Part shown: piece after piece, positions 1 to 9,595 of the stretch
How the letters are laid out: every line of letters begins with the position of its first letter
Position numbering within the stretch: position 1 is the first letter of the stretch
IMG/VR virus record: IMGVR_UViG_3300021963_000027
Location: 1-64,000 of that record
DNA length: 64,000 nucleotides
Reading direction: 5' to 3' (one strand)
Source: a virus
Translations under genes and position numbers: made by a program
The notes under the pieces: model-generated
What the model was told of the DNA's origin: nothing
Databases searched by the model: none
Seen by the model: the letters and a program-made list of their open reading frames with translations, nothing else

Positions 1-2
1 TC

Positions 3-332
3 ACAGGGCAGCTAACTGATTTTGTTGGTGCAATTGATGGTGATCGTGAAACGCGCTACAATGCCAATCCTGCTCCTAATTATTATTTTCGTGGCAGTGA
101 GATTGTGAATGAGCCGAGATATGTTCTCGTTCAATTTACTGGCATGAAAGACAAGAACAACTTGAAAGAAGTTTATGAAGGCGATATAATAGATAAACAT
201 GGAAACATCAAAGGAAGCGTCTATCAAATGGACGAAGAAGAAACTGATACAGTCATTCAAGGATTTGGAACAAAGACTTGGTGCGAGACCTACCGCAGAG
301 CAATATTACTTGGACTCAGAGACTCCGAGTAA
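3..332 (+). CDS. YopX-like protein (5' truncated by window)
   Basis: QFTGMKDKNNLKEVYEGDII motif; frame open from nt 3. Confidence 0.75.
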   Translation, partial: TGQLTDFVGAIDGDRETRYNANPAPNYYFRGSEIVNEPRYVLVQFTGMKDKNNLKEVYEGDIIDKHGNIKGSVYQMDEEETDTVIQGFGTKTWCETYRRAILLGLRDSE

Positions 333-780
333 TATGCCCATACGTCAGAGATTTGGTAATTGGACGGGATTTATAAAAGAAATGGGATTAAAACCATTAG
401 AACCTAAGTTTTCAGAACTTGCTCGTAAAAATAGCGCATTGGCACATAAGGGCAAAAGAAGTTGTGGATGGAAGGGTGGAAGAATTATAGATGCAAATGG
501 ATATGTTATGGTTTACGAACCGAATCACCCTAACACGACAAAAAAAGGTTATATCGGTGAACATAGATTAGTAATGTCTAAATATCTTGAAAGACCGCTT
601 GCTAAAGGTGAAAATGTTCACCACAAAGATGGAAATAGGCAAAATAATGAATTATCTAACCTAGAACTTTGGAATACTACGCAGCCAAGTGGACAAAGGG
701 TAGAGGATAAAATTAAATGGGCAAAAGAAATATTAAAAATATATGAGAATTTCGAGAACCCTGAACTTTTAAAACAATGA
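199..780 (+). CDS. HNH homing endonuclease with N-terminal HNH-associated repeat
   Basis: EHRLVM..HHKDGNRQNNELSNLELW; N-term LGARPT..Y..PS..RFGNW. Confidence 0.85.
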   Translation: METSKEASIKWTKKKLIQSFKDLEQRLGARPTAEQYYLDSETPSNMPIRQRFGNWTGFIKEMGLKPLEPKFSELARKNSALAHKGKRSCGWKGGRIIDANGYVMVYEPNHPNTTKKGYIGEHRLVMSKYLERPLAKGENVHHKDGNRQNNELSNLELWNTTQPSGQRVEDKIKWAKEILKIYENFENPELLKQ

Positions 781-974
781 CAGGCAACGAAACAATCACA
801 ATTACAATAGAAGACTCCGATAGAAATATTCGCCTCTCCACTCGTTACTTATTTTTGAAAGAAGATGGAGCCGTCATCACGAAAGGAAAATATCACAATT
901 TAGAACTTGACAATCTGATTGAAAGATTTGATAATTATCGAAGACAAAATAGTCAGAAAAATGAGACCCTCTAA
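777..974 (+). CDS. hypothetical protein
   Basis: ATGA-coupled ORF. Confidence 0.65.
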   Translation: MTGNETITITIEDSDRNIRLSTRYLFLKEDGAVITKGKYHNLELDNLIERFDNYRRQNSQKNETL

Positions 975-1194
975 ACAAAGACAAAAAGAAGATTTGGAAT
1001 TAGTCATCGCTGCGATGCGCAAAAATAACTTCCAACCTTACGACGAAAAACTAAATCCATTTACTGAAGGAGTTCGCAAAGAAAGATTCGAGAGATACTA
1101 TCACCGCGAACATAGAAGCTTTATCGCCGCAGACAATAACTGGAAAGATTTATGCGAAGTATATGGATACCCTTACAAAATACCAAAACTATGA
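961..1194 (+). CDS. hypothetical protein
   Basis: ORF, ATG start at 961. Confidence 0.7.
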   Translation: MRPSKQRQKEDLELVIAAMRKNNFQPYDEKLNPFTEGVRKERFERYYHREHRSFIAADNNWKDLCEVYGYPYKIPKL

Positions 1195-1319
1195 AATGGC
1201 AAGAATACAAAGAACACATGCGCGAAGAGTGGGAATTCCACAAACGCAACCCTGAACTGTTTTTTGTTTGGGCAGCATACGCAACAGCGATAATCATCGC
1301 TCTTTTCTCTGACAATTAA
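1191..1319 (+). CDS. small membrane protein (42 aa)
   Basis: ATGA-coupled, hydrophobic C-term. Confidence 0.6.
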   Translation: MKWQEYKEHMREEWEFHKRNPELFFVWAAYATAIIIALFSDN

Positions 1320-1327
1320 TCAACAAA

Positions 1328-1546
1328 ATGAAACATAAATTTTATTATTACGAATACTCCGACGATGGTGGGCAAACTTGGACAATGGGCGATTATCGCC
1401 GCTATTTGATGCCCATCATAGAGCAAGTAAGAGAACTGTCCTATCCATTTCGCGTCCTTAATCAAGATGATGAACAAATCAGTGAAGAAGAAGTTCGCGA
1501 AACAATTGATCAAATGAACACAATGGAAACAATTTTTGGAAAATAA
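1328..1546 (+). CDS. hypothetical protein
   Basis: ORF in gene-dense run. Confidence 0.75.
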   Translation: MKHKFYYYEYSDDGGQTWTMGDYRRYLMPIIEQVRELSYPFRVLNQDDEQISEEEVRETIDQMNTMETIFGK

Positions 1547-1567
1547 AAACTAAGGTATACTATAATC

Positions 1568-2035
1568 ATGAAACTTTTAGGAATAACAGACGGTGAGAAA
1601 TTCATCGCATCGCTCCATCACTATCATTATGTGACTCATGGTGACATGATGTTTGATGGTGGTCAACCCCATACTAATTTTTACGGTGGTTACAATCGCT
1701 ATTCTTTGCAAGGTGAAAGAGTTTGGTTTGAAGTTGATGAAGATTTCGCAGAAATTTATAACAAATATAATCGAAAAGAAATCAATGGTGTTTGGGATGT
1801 GAAACAAGGTAGAATCCTACCACCTGAAGAACATCCAAATTGTGATAGCATCGAAGAGCAAGTCGAGAATTTTATTTGGGGGACTCGTGGTAAAGATGGT
1901 AAATCACCTCTGAAATACGTTCTCCTAAAGAATTGCGATACTGATCATCTACAGAATATTTTGAAAGATGTTAAACATATTCAAGCAGAGACGAAGAAAG
2001 TAATTGAATACATTTTGAAAAATCGTGAAGTATGA
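1568..2035 (+). CDS. hypothetical protein
   Basis: Leaderless start after M-promoter variant. Confidence 0.85.
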   Translation: MKLLGITDGEKFIASLHHYHYVTHGDMMFDGGQPHTNFYGGYNRYSLQGERVWFEVDEDFAEIYNKYNRKEINGVWDVKQGRILPPEEHPNCDSIEEQVENFIWGTRGKDGKSPLKYVLLKNCDTDHLQNILKDVKHIQAETKKVIEYILKNREV

Positions 2036-2343
2036 AAATAACAGTTACAAAAACAGAAGTCTATGATTACGATTTGAAAAAAGAGATTCGTCGTTTGAAA
2101 AAATGCTTTAAAGGTGAACAGCTTCAAAGACAGATGGATATTCTTCATGCCGCTTTCATCGAAAGAGACGATATTAAATTTAGAGAACTTTATTATGCTT
2201 TACCTGATTGTAAAGAAAATGAGTGTAGTGAGATGGAATATGTTGGATCGTGGATTAATTTTTTTGGTGGTGGAAATTGGCGTGGGGAATATTTGGTAGA
2301 AGAGGATCATGTGGTAGATTTTGAAAAATTGGAAAAATTATGA
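2032..2343 (+). CDS. hypothetical protein
   Basis: ATGA-coupled ORF. Confidence 0.8.
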   Translation: MKITVTKTEVYDYDLKKEIRRLKKCFKGEQLQRQMDILHAAFIERDDIKFRELYYALPDCKENECSEMEYVGSWINFFGGGNWRGEYLVEEDHVVDFEKLEKL

Positions 2344-2609
2344 AAGAATGCTACTGTGGTAAAAAATCATCCGACAATTACACTTGGTGTGATGATTGCC
2401 TAATCAGGAATCACAAAGCTGTTGATGCGCTTTTTAAGGTGTGTCATGATAGTCACAGAAGCGGTGCTGGAGGCGCGAGAATGTGTATATGTGGTGCTGG
2501 TTGTGGCGGCAGTGAGGCTTGCAATGGGTTGTATTTACTACAATCAGCATTGAAGTATGGTGGTAAGCAAAAAGATGATGTGATGCGATTATTTGGATGG
2601 TATGAGTGA
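2340..2609 (+). CDS. Cys-rich hypothetical protein
   Basis: CYCG..CDDC, CICG motifs. Confidence 0.75.
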   Translation: MKECYCGKKSSDNYTWCDDCLIRNHKAVDALFKVCHDSHRSGAGGARMCICGAGCGGSEACNGLYLLQSALKYGGKQKDDVMRLFGWYE

Positions 2610-2841
2610 AGAACTTGGTAAAGAAATGTGGAGGAAACATCGCGCATTACTGGATAAACATTCTGAAGAACGCTCTTCTTTATTAGCAGAAGCTTCTAAA
2701 AAATGGTTGAAAGAAGAGGCTGAATTGTATCAAGAATGCTTTGAAAAGACAGGACACAAATTCGCTATTACACCAGAAAGAAGACGCAAATTAAATGGAA
2801 TTTTGGCAGAGCGTTGTCAATATTGTGGGAGAGAAAAATAA
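2602..2841 (+). CDS. hypothetical protein, C-terminal CxxC
   Basis: ORF ending at motif. Confidence 0.75.
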   Translation: MSEELGKEMWRKHRALLDKHSEERSSLLAEASKKWLKEEAELYQECFEKTGHKFAITPERRRKLNGILAERCQYCGREK

Positions 2842-2863
2842 AAAACTAGATTACAATAATAGC

Positions 2864-3205
2864 ATGAAAAGATTAACAAAAATAGACGTAAACCCTAACA
2901 GTCTTGTGCTTCAAGCGCAAACAATCGAAGAATATAGAATTGATCAAGAGCGTGGAGGATGGGGACAGTTCTTTGAAGGTAAATCCCCACCAATTGCTTA
3001 TGAAATGGTCGGTGAATTGATTGGTGAAATTGAAGTTGATCGACAAATTTTAATGAATCGATTTTTCCGATCTGACATCACAGGAGCATTGATTGAAATG
3101 CGTGGTGTTTTCCATAGCTCGATTGTTCGGAATGTGGAAGAGCGGAATGGCGTGACTTACGTTACGACTGATAATAGTTTATACAAAGTAGAAGATTATT
3201 CATAA
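2864..3205 (+). CDS. hypothetical protein
   Basis: Leaderless start after M-promoter (track start 2795 is upstream of it). Confidence 0.8.
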   Translation: MKRLTKIDVNPNSLVLQAQTIEEYRIDQERGGWGQFFEGKSPPIAYEMVGELIGEIEVDRQILMNRFFRSDITGALIEMRGVFHSSIVRNVEERNGVTYVTTDNSLYKVEDYS

Positions 3206-3208
3206 ACC

Positions 3209-3439
3209 ATGCAGAAACTAATTTTACGATACGATTGGTCAGTTCCTTACGAAGCGTCAGGAACTGAAGTCATCCCATTTGAATATGAATCACCTGAACG
3301 GGCTTATGTTGACTTTTGTGATTTACAAGAAAAGGCTGAATACTTTTTCTGGTTTTTGGGTCACGAATTTGAAAAAGATGTTGATGTCGAATTCTTTACT
3401 TTAGAAGAATGGTTTGAGCGTTATAAATTTAAACAATAA
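3209..3439 (+). CDS. hypothetical protein
   Basis: ORF. Confidence 0.75.
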   Translation: MQKLILRYDWSVPYEASGTEVIPFEYESPERAYVDFCDLQEKAEYFFWFLGHEFEKDVDVEFFTLEEWFERYKFKQ

Positions 3440-3831
3440 TGAAAAAAAATCAATTAATCGAACAATTGCAAAAAATCAAAGGCAATCCCGAAATCAAAAT
3501 GTGGAACGGGTATGTCGATGATTGGATGGATATTAAGCTTTGCGAACAAGAGTTTGTCAAAGAATCGGAGGACTTTATTCGTTGGGGTGTCGAGATGGCT
3601 TGGAAGGAGCGTAACCAAAAATGGGAAATCCCTGAAGAGGCACAGATTCAAATCGAAGAGGTTATAAAAGAAATGTTAAAAAATAGACAGTGGGAATTGC
3701 CGAATCAATATTTGCAAACAGAAGAAGATGAGAAGCGTTGGTATGGTAAAAATAAAAAGAAGTTTGTTTTAATCAACGGAAAAATTCGCGGCAAATCAAT
3801 TGAAGATCGACTTGGAAAAGTCAGCTACTAA
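3439..3831 (+). CDS. hypothetical protein
   Basis: TAATG-coupled ORF. Confidence 0.8.
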   Translation: MKKNQLIEQLQKIKGNPEIKMWNGYVDDWMDIKLCEQEFVKESEDFIRWGVEMAWKERNQKWEIPEEAQIQIEEVIKEMLKNRQWELPNQYLQTEEDEKRWYGKNKKKFVLINGKIRGKSIEDRLGKVSY

Positions 3832-3832
3832 T

Positions 3833-4924
3833 ATGAAACTACCAAATAAAGAAGAATTCAATTTCAAAGATTGCGTCATCGCTGGTGACGAATGTTGGCT
3901 CATTACACCAAAAGATATGAGCGTCAAATGGAACGACGAAAATACTCGTTTCCGTTCTTGTATTGTGCGTAAGTCTGACAATTTCGTAATTAGCCAAGGA
4001 TTCCGAAAATTTACAAATTTCGGAGAGCAACCAGCATTTGAACCATGGAAAGATTGTTGGAAATTTGAAGCGAGACACAAGTTGGATGGTAGTCTTTTAA
4101 TCATTTCTCGATACAAAGGTCAGTGGATTACCAGAACCCGTGGCACTGTAGATGCTCGCCAACTTCCTAATGGTCATGAGATTGACCTGTTAATTGAAAA
4201 ATATAAAAAATTTTTTGAAGATAGTGATGCTATTGATAGCATATCAGCATTAGAGCAATCTTGGTTATTTGAATGGACTACTCCGTCCAATATTATTGTA
4301 TTGAAAGAGTCCGATGAGTATGAATTAACTTTAATCGGTATTGTTTCCAATGAGGATGCAGCATACTATAGTCAGGCATATGTAGATATATGTGCGATTC
4401 AATACGATTTTAAACGTCCAGAGATGTATCATTACAATTCTGTTTCAGAGTGCATTGCTGATGTTACTGCTTGGAAAGGTAAAGAGGGCGTTGTCATTTA
4501 CTCTCCCAATGGTCAAACTCTCAAGAAAATCAAAGCAAGTGAATACTGTGAACTTCATAAAATTGCTACTGGAATTAAAAATGTAAAAAATGTTCTGGAT
4601 GTATTTATGGAGTCCCCAAAATTCACCAAATATGAAGATTTCTATAGCCATATTGAAAAGTTACTCGACTTTGAGATCGCGGAAAAATGCAAACCATTTA
4701 TCCAAGAAATCACTGATGCCTATGCTAAGTTCGTAAAGGGTGTGGATAATATGAATGAGCGTATTCCTTTTATTCAGAATTACGAAACTCGCAAAGAACA
4801 AGCAATGGCGATTCAACAAGAGTTCCGTGATTGGAAGACTGCTATTGCATTTCTTCTACTTGACAATCGTAAGGTTGATGATAAAGTTGTGCGCAAAGCA
4901 ATGGAGAAAATCTTAGAACTATGA
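3833..4924 (+). CDS. RNA ligase 1 (T4 Rnl1-like)
   Basis: Motif I HKLDGS, WLFEW, KEGVV, LKKIK nucleotidyltransferase motifs. Confidence 0.85.
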   Translation: MKLPNKEEFNFKDCVIAGDECWLITPKDMSVKWNDENTRFRSCIVRKSDNFVISQGFRKFTNFGEQPAFEPWKDCWKFEARHKLDGSLLIISRYKGQWITRTRGTVDARQLPNGHEIDLLIEKYKKFFEDSDAIDSISALEQSWLFEWTTPSNIIVLKESDEYELTLIGIVSNEDAAYYSQAYVDICAIQYDFKRPEMYHYNSVSECIADVTAWKGKEGVVIYSPNGQTLKKIKASEYCELHKIATGIKNVKNVLDVFMESPKFTKYEDFYSHIEKLLDFEIAEKCKPFIQEITDAYAKFVKGVDNMNERIPFIQNYETRKEQAMAIQQEFRDWKTAIAFLLLDNRKVDDKVVRKAMEKILEL

Positions 4925-4949
4925 AAGCGAAAAACAATAAAAAATAAAT

Positions 4950-5171
4950 ATGATCATCTGTCCATACTGCCAAAAGGTAGAAGCTAAATGGGTTTATATG
5001 CCTAATGGTGAATACGCCTGTGATGACTGTGTGCCACGAAAGTGTTCCTGTAATATGGAGCCGATAGATGGCAATTGGGAAAACGAAAATGAAAGTAATT
5101 GGGACTATATAAAAGATGAAAATGAAAAACATTTACCTTGCTGTGAATGGGAATGGATAGAAGAAATATGA
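4950..5171 (+). CDS. Cys-rich hypothetical protein
   Basis: CPYC..CDDC..CSC..PCCEW. Confidence 0.75.
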   Translation: MIICPYCQKVEAKWVYMPNGEYACDDCVPRKCSCNMEPIDGNWENENESNWDYIKDENEKHLPCCEWEWIEEI

Positions 5172-5593
5172 AGAAAATAGATTTTTTAAATAACTATATA
5201 CGACTTTATAAGAAAAATATTGCAGAAATTCTTGAAAAGAAGGTTAAACCTCTTAAAGAACTTATAGCAATCCTTGAGAAACAAAGGGATGAAATCATTT
5301 TAGATTCTCAGTTTACATGGAACGATAAGACATTCAATGTTTCTGATATGCGATGGTTTAACGACTGGATGTATGAGGATTGTCCTTATACTCCAGGATT
5401 TAAAAGTTATACGGAAACATTGCATATATTTTCCACAGACGGCAGATCTATCCATTTTAGCTTGCCTGAAAACGAACACGGATGGTATGATGAAAAACAC
5501 CAACAATTCAAAGACTTCGAAGATTTTTTTATTGACAAATTTGGAGTATCGTTTAAAATGGTATTGAAAAAAGGAGAAGTGAAAGAACAATAA
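5168..5593 (+). CDS. hypothetical protein
   Basis: ORF. Confidence 0.75.
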   Translation: MKKIDFLNNYIRLYKKNIAEILEKKVKPLKELIAILEKQRDEIILDSQFTWNDKTFNVSDMRWFNDWMYEDCPYTPGFKSYTETLHIFSTDGRSIHFSLPENEHGWYDEKHQQFKDFEDFFIDKFGVSFKMVLKKGEVKEQ

Positions 5594-5594
5594 T

Positions 5595-6032
5595 ATGTTA
5601 GAAAAAATTAAACAAGATACAATTCAAGCAATGCGCGATAAGATTCGAGTAGATTTGAGCGTATTACGTATGTTGCAGAGCGCAATTACCAATGCACAAA
5701 TTCTCAAGAGAGGCGAATTGGATAAAAATGAAATCATTGGGTTGATTCGTAAACAGATTGCACAACGACAAGATAGTGTAACACAATTTCGTGCTGGAGG
5801 TAGGGAAGAATTAGCCGATAAAGAGCTTGTGGAAATCACAGTTCTTCGACGCTACTTACCTACCGAATGGTCTGATGCTGAACTCGAACAGAACGTGCAA
5901 AACGCTATTGACAATCTTGGCGCATCAAGTAAAAAAGATATGGGTCGAGTGATCAAGGCAGTTGTTGAAGCAGCAAATGGTCAATGCGATAATAAGAGAA
6001 TCTCTCAAACAGTAGGAGCAAAATTGAATTGA
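5595..6032 (+). CDS. yqeY: GatB/YqeY domain protein
   Basis: IKQDTIQAMR..LRMLQSAI..QRQDSVTQF..GREEL..KKDMGRVIK. Confidence 0.9.
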   Translation: MLEKIKQDTIQAMRDKIRVDLSVLRMLQSAITNAQILKRGELDKNEIIGLIRKQIAQRQDSVTQFRAGGREELADKELVEITVLRRYLPTEWSDAELEQNVQNAIDNLGASSKKDMGRVIKAVVEAANGQCDNKRISQTVGAKLN

Positions 6033-6033
6033 T

Positions 6034-6435
6034 ATGAAATACAGAACAGAGAAAATTATAGATGATTTCGAATGGGATAAATTGGTGCAGGAAACCTATG
6101 GTAAACCATATATCTTTCAACAACAAAATGGTTGTGTTGGCAGAGGATTATATAGCTTAACAGTTCCAAGTGAAGAAGATTATGACGATGAAATGCCTGA
6201 CAGCATTCCTGAAGTAGTCAATGGAGAGATTCAGGGTATTAAATTTGCTAAATGGTTAGAACGAGATCCTAAACAACCTCTATCAGAGGGAGAAGAGAAT
6301 ATTAGCGAATATCAATGGGCTATTGATCTTTGGTGGGAACGTAATTTTTACCCTTGTTTGGGAACTATTGCAAACGATCTTCACAAAAAAGGTTTGTTGG
6401 AGGCTGGTGAGTATATGATTAATGTTGATTGGTGA
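6034..6435 (+). CDS. hypothetical protein
   Basis: ORF. Confidence 0.8.
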   Translation: MKYRTEKIIDDFEWDKLVQETYGKPYIFQQQNGCVGRGLYSLTVPSEEDYDDEMPDSIPEVVNGEIQGIKFAKWLERDPKQPLSEGEENISEYQWAIDLWWERNFYPCLGTIANDLHKKGLLEAGEYMINVDW

Positions 6436-6464
6436 TTCTAACTAAAAAAAAGATATAAATTAAA

Positions 6465-6707
6465 ATGAATAAAAATTTCGTATTGGCAACGAGTGCAACT
6501 TGCGGTCCATGTCACTTGCTTAAAGCAAGACTGGAGAAATTGGAATTAACTGTGGAAATTAAAAATTATAATGATCCACAAAACATTGAATGGTTTAAAA
6601 AACATGGTATTCGTAATGTGCCATGTTTGGTAGTGGAAGATGATACTACCTTCGAAATCATTCAAGGTATCGATGATATTATTGAAAAAATAAAACAAGG
6701 TGAATAA
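6465..6707 (+). CDS. glutaredoxin/thioredoxin-like protein
   Basis: TCGPC and NVP motifs. Confidence 0.85.
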   Translation: MNKNFVLATSATCGPCHLLKARLEKLELTVEIKNYNDPQNIEWFKKHGIRNVPCLVVEDDTTFEIIQGIDDIIEKIKQGE

Positions 6708-7350
6708 AATTATTAAACATAAATGGGAAGATAGAAATAAAATCTTTTTCTCAAGTGATTGGCATAATTACCATGATCCGAAGTGGGATGTTCCCATCTG
6801 GAAGATGCGTGGTTATTCGTCCCCTCAAGAATCTTTGGATGATGTAGTGAACAAAATCAATGCGAGAGTTAAAGAAGATGATTTTTTATATTTTCTTGGA
6901 GATGGATTTTTGAATGCTACAGATGAACAAGTTCTGGAATGGTTCTCACGAATCAATTGTAAGAATATTAATTACATCTATGGGAATCATGAATCAAACA
7001 TTTTCCGTATCTATCGGCGAACAGTATTGGAAAAATACGGTGATCCTGATATCGAAGTGTATCCCATGCGATTTAACAATGTAGTGTTCTTGGGTAATTA
7101 CCAAGAACTCCAAGTTGGTAAGAAAAGTGTTATCCTACAACATTTTTCGATTAAGACATGGCATAACAATTCTCGTGGGAGTATCCATCTTCATGGTCAT
7201 AGCCATAATACTGATAAAACAAGAAATCCAGAGTATCCAATGGGTAAATGCCTAGACTGCTCATGGGACTATAAGAAAGATGTGTGGTCTTGGGAAGAAA
7301 TTGAAGATATCATGTCAACGAAAGACGTTTTGATAACTGACCACCATTAA
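6700..7350 (+). CDS. calcineurin-like metallophosphoesterase
   Basis: SDWH, LGD, GNHE, HGHSH motifs. Confidence 0.9.
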   Translation: MNKIIKHKWEDRNKIFFSSDWHNYHDPKWDVPIWKMRGYSSPQESLDDVVNKINARVKEDDFLYFLGDGFLNATDEQVLEWFSRINCKNINYIYGNHESNIFRIYRRTVLEKYGDPDIEVYPMRFNNVVFLGNYQELQVGKKSVILQHFSIKTWHNNSRGSIHLHGHSHNTDKTRNPEYPMGKCLDCSWDYKKDVWSWEEIEDIMSTKDVLITDHH

Positions 7351-8353
7351 TACAATAATGAGAGATTATCATAGCTTTATCATATTTTCTTTTTAAGCAC
7401 ATGCTGTGATTATTATAAATGTATTTTACAATTTTGTTGATATTTTTATAACCACATGAGCGAACAGTGGAACTTTTACTTTTCTCATGTCTGATTCTTC
7501 TATCTATTTTGTAGCTCACTCCTATATCGTCTAATAAATTAGTGAGAGATGTCCAGTCTTGTTCGTATGTTCCTGATATAGAAAATTGAAACATTTTACG
7601 TTTTAAATTTACATAAAAACAACCATCACCATCTATCCAACCTCGAAGAAAGTCTTTATGGTATTCTTTTCTAATATTTTCTAATATTTTATTTGGTGAA
7701 ATTTTTGATTTATTACAAAAATCATTATCAAATAACCATTTAGTTAAACCATAATTTCTAATATATGCATCAATTTGTGGTTGTCTTCCGATTCTGGTTC
7801 TTTTTAGATAACTTAATTTACCTAATTTTGATAAAGAATGCTCAAAATCGTAAAAGTCTTTTTCGACGCATGAAAATTTTAATGATCTACTTTTATTAAC
7901 ATAAAGATAACCATCCGCCCAAAGTAATCCGAGAGCATATGATTGCATATCATCAAATTCTGGTGTGAAGTCTTTATATAGGGTTTTTTGTTTTTCATCC
8001 ATTCTTTGTTTTTTCGTTATTTCAAGTCCACTATCGGTTAAATTTAACCGTTTTTTAGATGCGAAAAATCTTACCAATTTTTCAGAGATATTGAGATTGT
8101 CTGCACAATAACGAGTTCCAAATTTTGGATAATTATCCAAGATAAATTTTTCTTGATCTTTTGTTATTTTCGACTCTTTCTTGGATATATCCGCAACATT
8201 TTTAATTTTTTGAGGTTTTTTAATATTATTTCTATGTGTGATGTGTCTTATCGCATTTGGAGTGGTGTTTAATTTATTCGCTATTTCTAAAGTTGTCAAT
8301 CTACCATAATTGCTTTTGATAAATTCTAAAATTTCTGGTGTTAATTTGATCAT
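7310..8353 (-). CDS. LAGLIDADG homing endonuclease
   Basis: YALGLLWADG and FLRGWIDGDG motifs; TAAATA 6 nt upstream of ATG. Confidence 0.9.
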   Translation of the reverse strand: MIKLTPEILEFIKSNYGRLTTLEIANKLNTTPNAIRHITHRNNIKKPQKIKNVADISKKESKITKDQEKFILDNYPKFGTRYCADNLNISEKLVRFFASKKRLNLTDSGLEITKKQRMDEKQKTLYKDFTPEFDDMQSYALGLLWADGYLYVNKSRSLKFSCVEKDFYDFEHSLSKLGKLSYLKRTRIGRQPQIDAYIRNYGLTKWLFDNDFCNKSKISPNKILENIRKEYHKDFLRGWIDGDGCFYVNLKRKMFQFSISGTYEQDWTSLTNLLDDIGVSYKIDRRIRHEKSKSSTVRSCGYKNINKIVKYIYNNHSMCLKRKYDKAMIISHYCINGGQLSKRLSLT

Positions 8354-8419
8354 ATTAAGTATTTAATGTAACAGGACACAAATTTTACAAAAACATAGAA
8401 AAAAATATTCCAATCTCCC

Positions 8420-8447
8420 TTGACAAATGGAAAAACAATATTAACAT
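8420..8447 (+). promoter_or_regulatory. sigma70-like promoter TTGACA-N16-TAACAT
   Basis: Upstream of ATG 8458. Confidence 0.55.
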
Positions 8448-8457
8448 AATAAAACTT

Positions 8458-8742
8458 ATGCAAACAGAAACAAAACAACAAAAAAATATGGAAAACAACA
8501 AAACAACAAAAACAGTAAAAAACAACCGAAAAAACAAACAGTGGCTACGTAGCCGTGATCAACGCAAACATCCAAAATTGTTCAATGTGCAGATGGTGCA
8601 GATGAAAGACGGATCGTTCCATATCCTTGGAGGAGGTGCTAATGTTGCCATTTCTAAGAACCAACACTCCACACAATGGGCGAGTGTAGATGTTCGAGAC
8701 TTGGCAACCGAGATTAGGATGAACGGTGTTCGTTCGTTCTGA
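8458..8742 (+). CDS. basic hypothetical protein
   Basis: ORF between promoter and terminator. Confidence 0.75.
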   Translation: MQTETKQQKNMENNKTTKTVKNNRKNKQWLRSRDQRKHPKLFNVQMVQMKDGSFHILGGGANVAISKNQHSTQWASVDVRDLATEIRMNGVRSF

Positions 8743-8749
8743 TCCCACC

Positions 8750-8785
8750 GAAAAATGCCCCTGAAATATGGGGCATTTTTCATTT
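8750..8785 (+). terminator. intrinsic terminator
   Basis: GAAAAATGCCCC-loop-GGGGCATTTTTC. Confidence 0.8.
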
Positions 8786-8798
8786 ACTATGGGAAGGG

Positions 8799-8855
8799 TT
8801 AATGTGTGGTATATACAACATTAACTCGATTTATGAGTGATATACCACACATTAA
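8799..8855. repeat. perfect 16-bp inverted repeat
   Basis: TTAATGTGTGGTATAT (8799-8814) / ATATACCACACATTAA (8840-8855). Confidence 0.9.
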
Positions 8856-8877
8856 AAAACTAGAATACACTCTGCTC

Positions 8878-9363
8878 ATGAATATTTTTTCAACTTCCGA
8901 ATCTCCTGATCAATCCGCTAGATGGTTAGTGGATAAACATTGCGTAAAAATGTTGCTCGAATCAACACAACTCTTATGCACAGCTTATCATGAGCAAGGT
9001 ATCGAAGCACCTTACAAACCATCACACCGCTCGCATCCGTCATCTATTTGGACAAGAGCAAGCTGGGATAACTTCCAATGGTTGATTGCTCATGCTCATG
9101 CTATTGCTGACGAATATACAGCACGTTATGGTAAGATACACAAGTCTCAAGCAGTATTAGAATGGTGTGAAGACCATGCTCATCTATTGGGGTTTGACTC
9201 TTGGGATTTGACACCATTCGCTATCGCTATTGCTGATGACTGCGAGTGTCGTAAGCTATCAAATTTTGAATCTTTGTCAGCAATTGACAAATACCGACAA
9301 TATATTATCTTGGACAAGAAGCATATCCATGCTTGGAAAAGAAACAAACCCGATTGGATTTAA
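8878..9363 (+). CDS. pyrimidine-dimer DNA glycosylase (DenV-like family)
   Basis: MNIF..DKHCVKMLLESTQLL..YKPSHRSHPSSIW; leaderless start. Confidence 0.8.
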   Translation: MNIFSTSESPDQSARWLVDKHCVKMLLESTQLLCTAYHEQGIEAPYKPSHRSHPSSIWTRASWDNFQWLIAHAHAIADEYTARYGKIHKSQAVLEWCEDHAHLLGFDSWDLTPFAIAIADDCECRKLSNFESLSAIDKYRQYIILDKKHIHAWKRNKPDWI

Positions 9364-9368
9364 TAATT

Positions 9369-9581
9369 ATGGAAGAAGAAATTAGCGAAGAAATTGTATT
9401 TAAAACATATAATGATAACAATCTCATTCATTTTGAGGTAACACTTGCCAAAGAAGATAAGTGGTTTGCACTCATCTCTGGATTACCAAACAATGGCGAA
9501 ATTAAAGATATTGAGACATTGAAGAGAATTATTAAGTGTTTGAAAAAAGCTAAAAAACGCTGGAAAGAATTAAAAAACTAG
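9369..9581 (+). CDS. hypothetical protein
   Basis: Ends LKN* in motif. Confidence 0.7.
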   Translation: MEEEISEEIVFKTYNDNNLIHFEVTLAKEDKWFALISGLPNNGEIKDIETLKRIIKCLKKAKKRWKELKN

Positions 9582-9595
9582 AATACAATCGGTGC

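Noticed and set aside
8878-9363. Gene symbol denV
   Set aside because: Family-level resemblance only; orthology to T4 denV cannot be confirmed without a search
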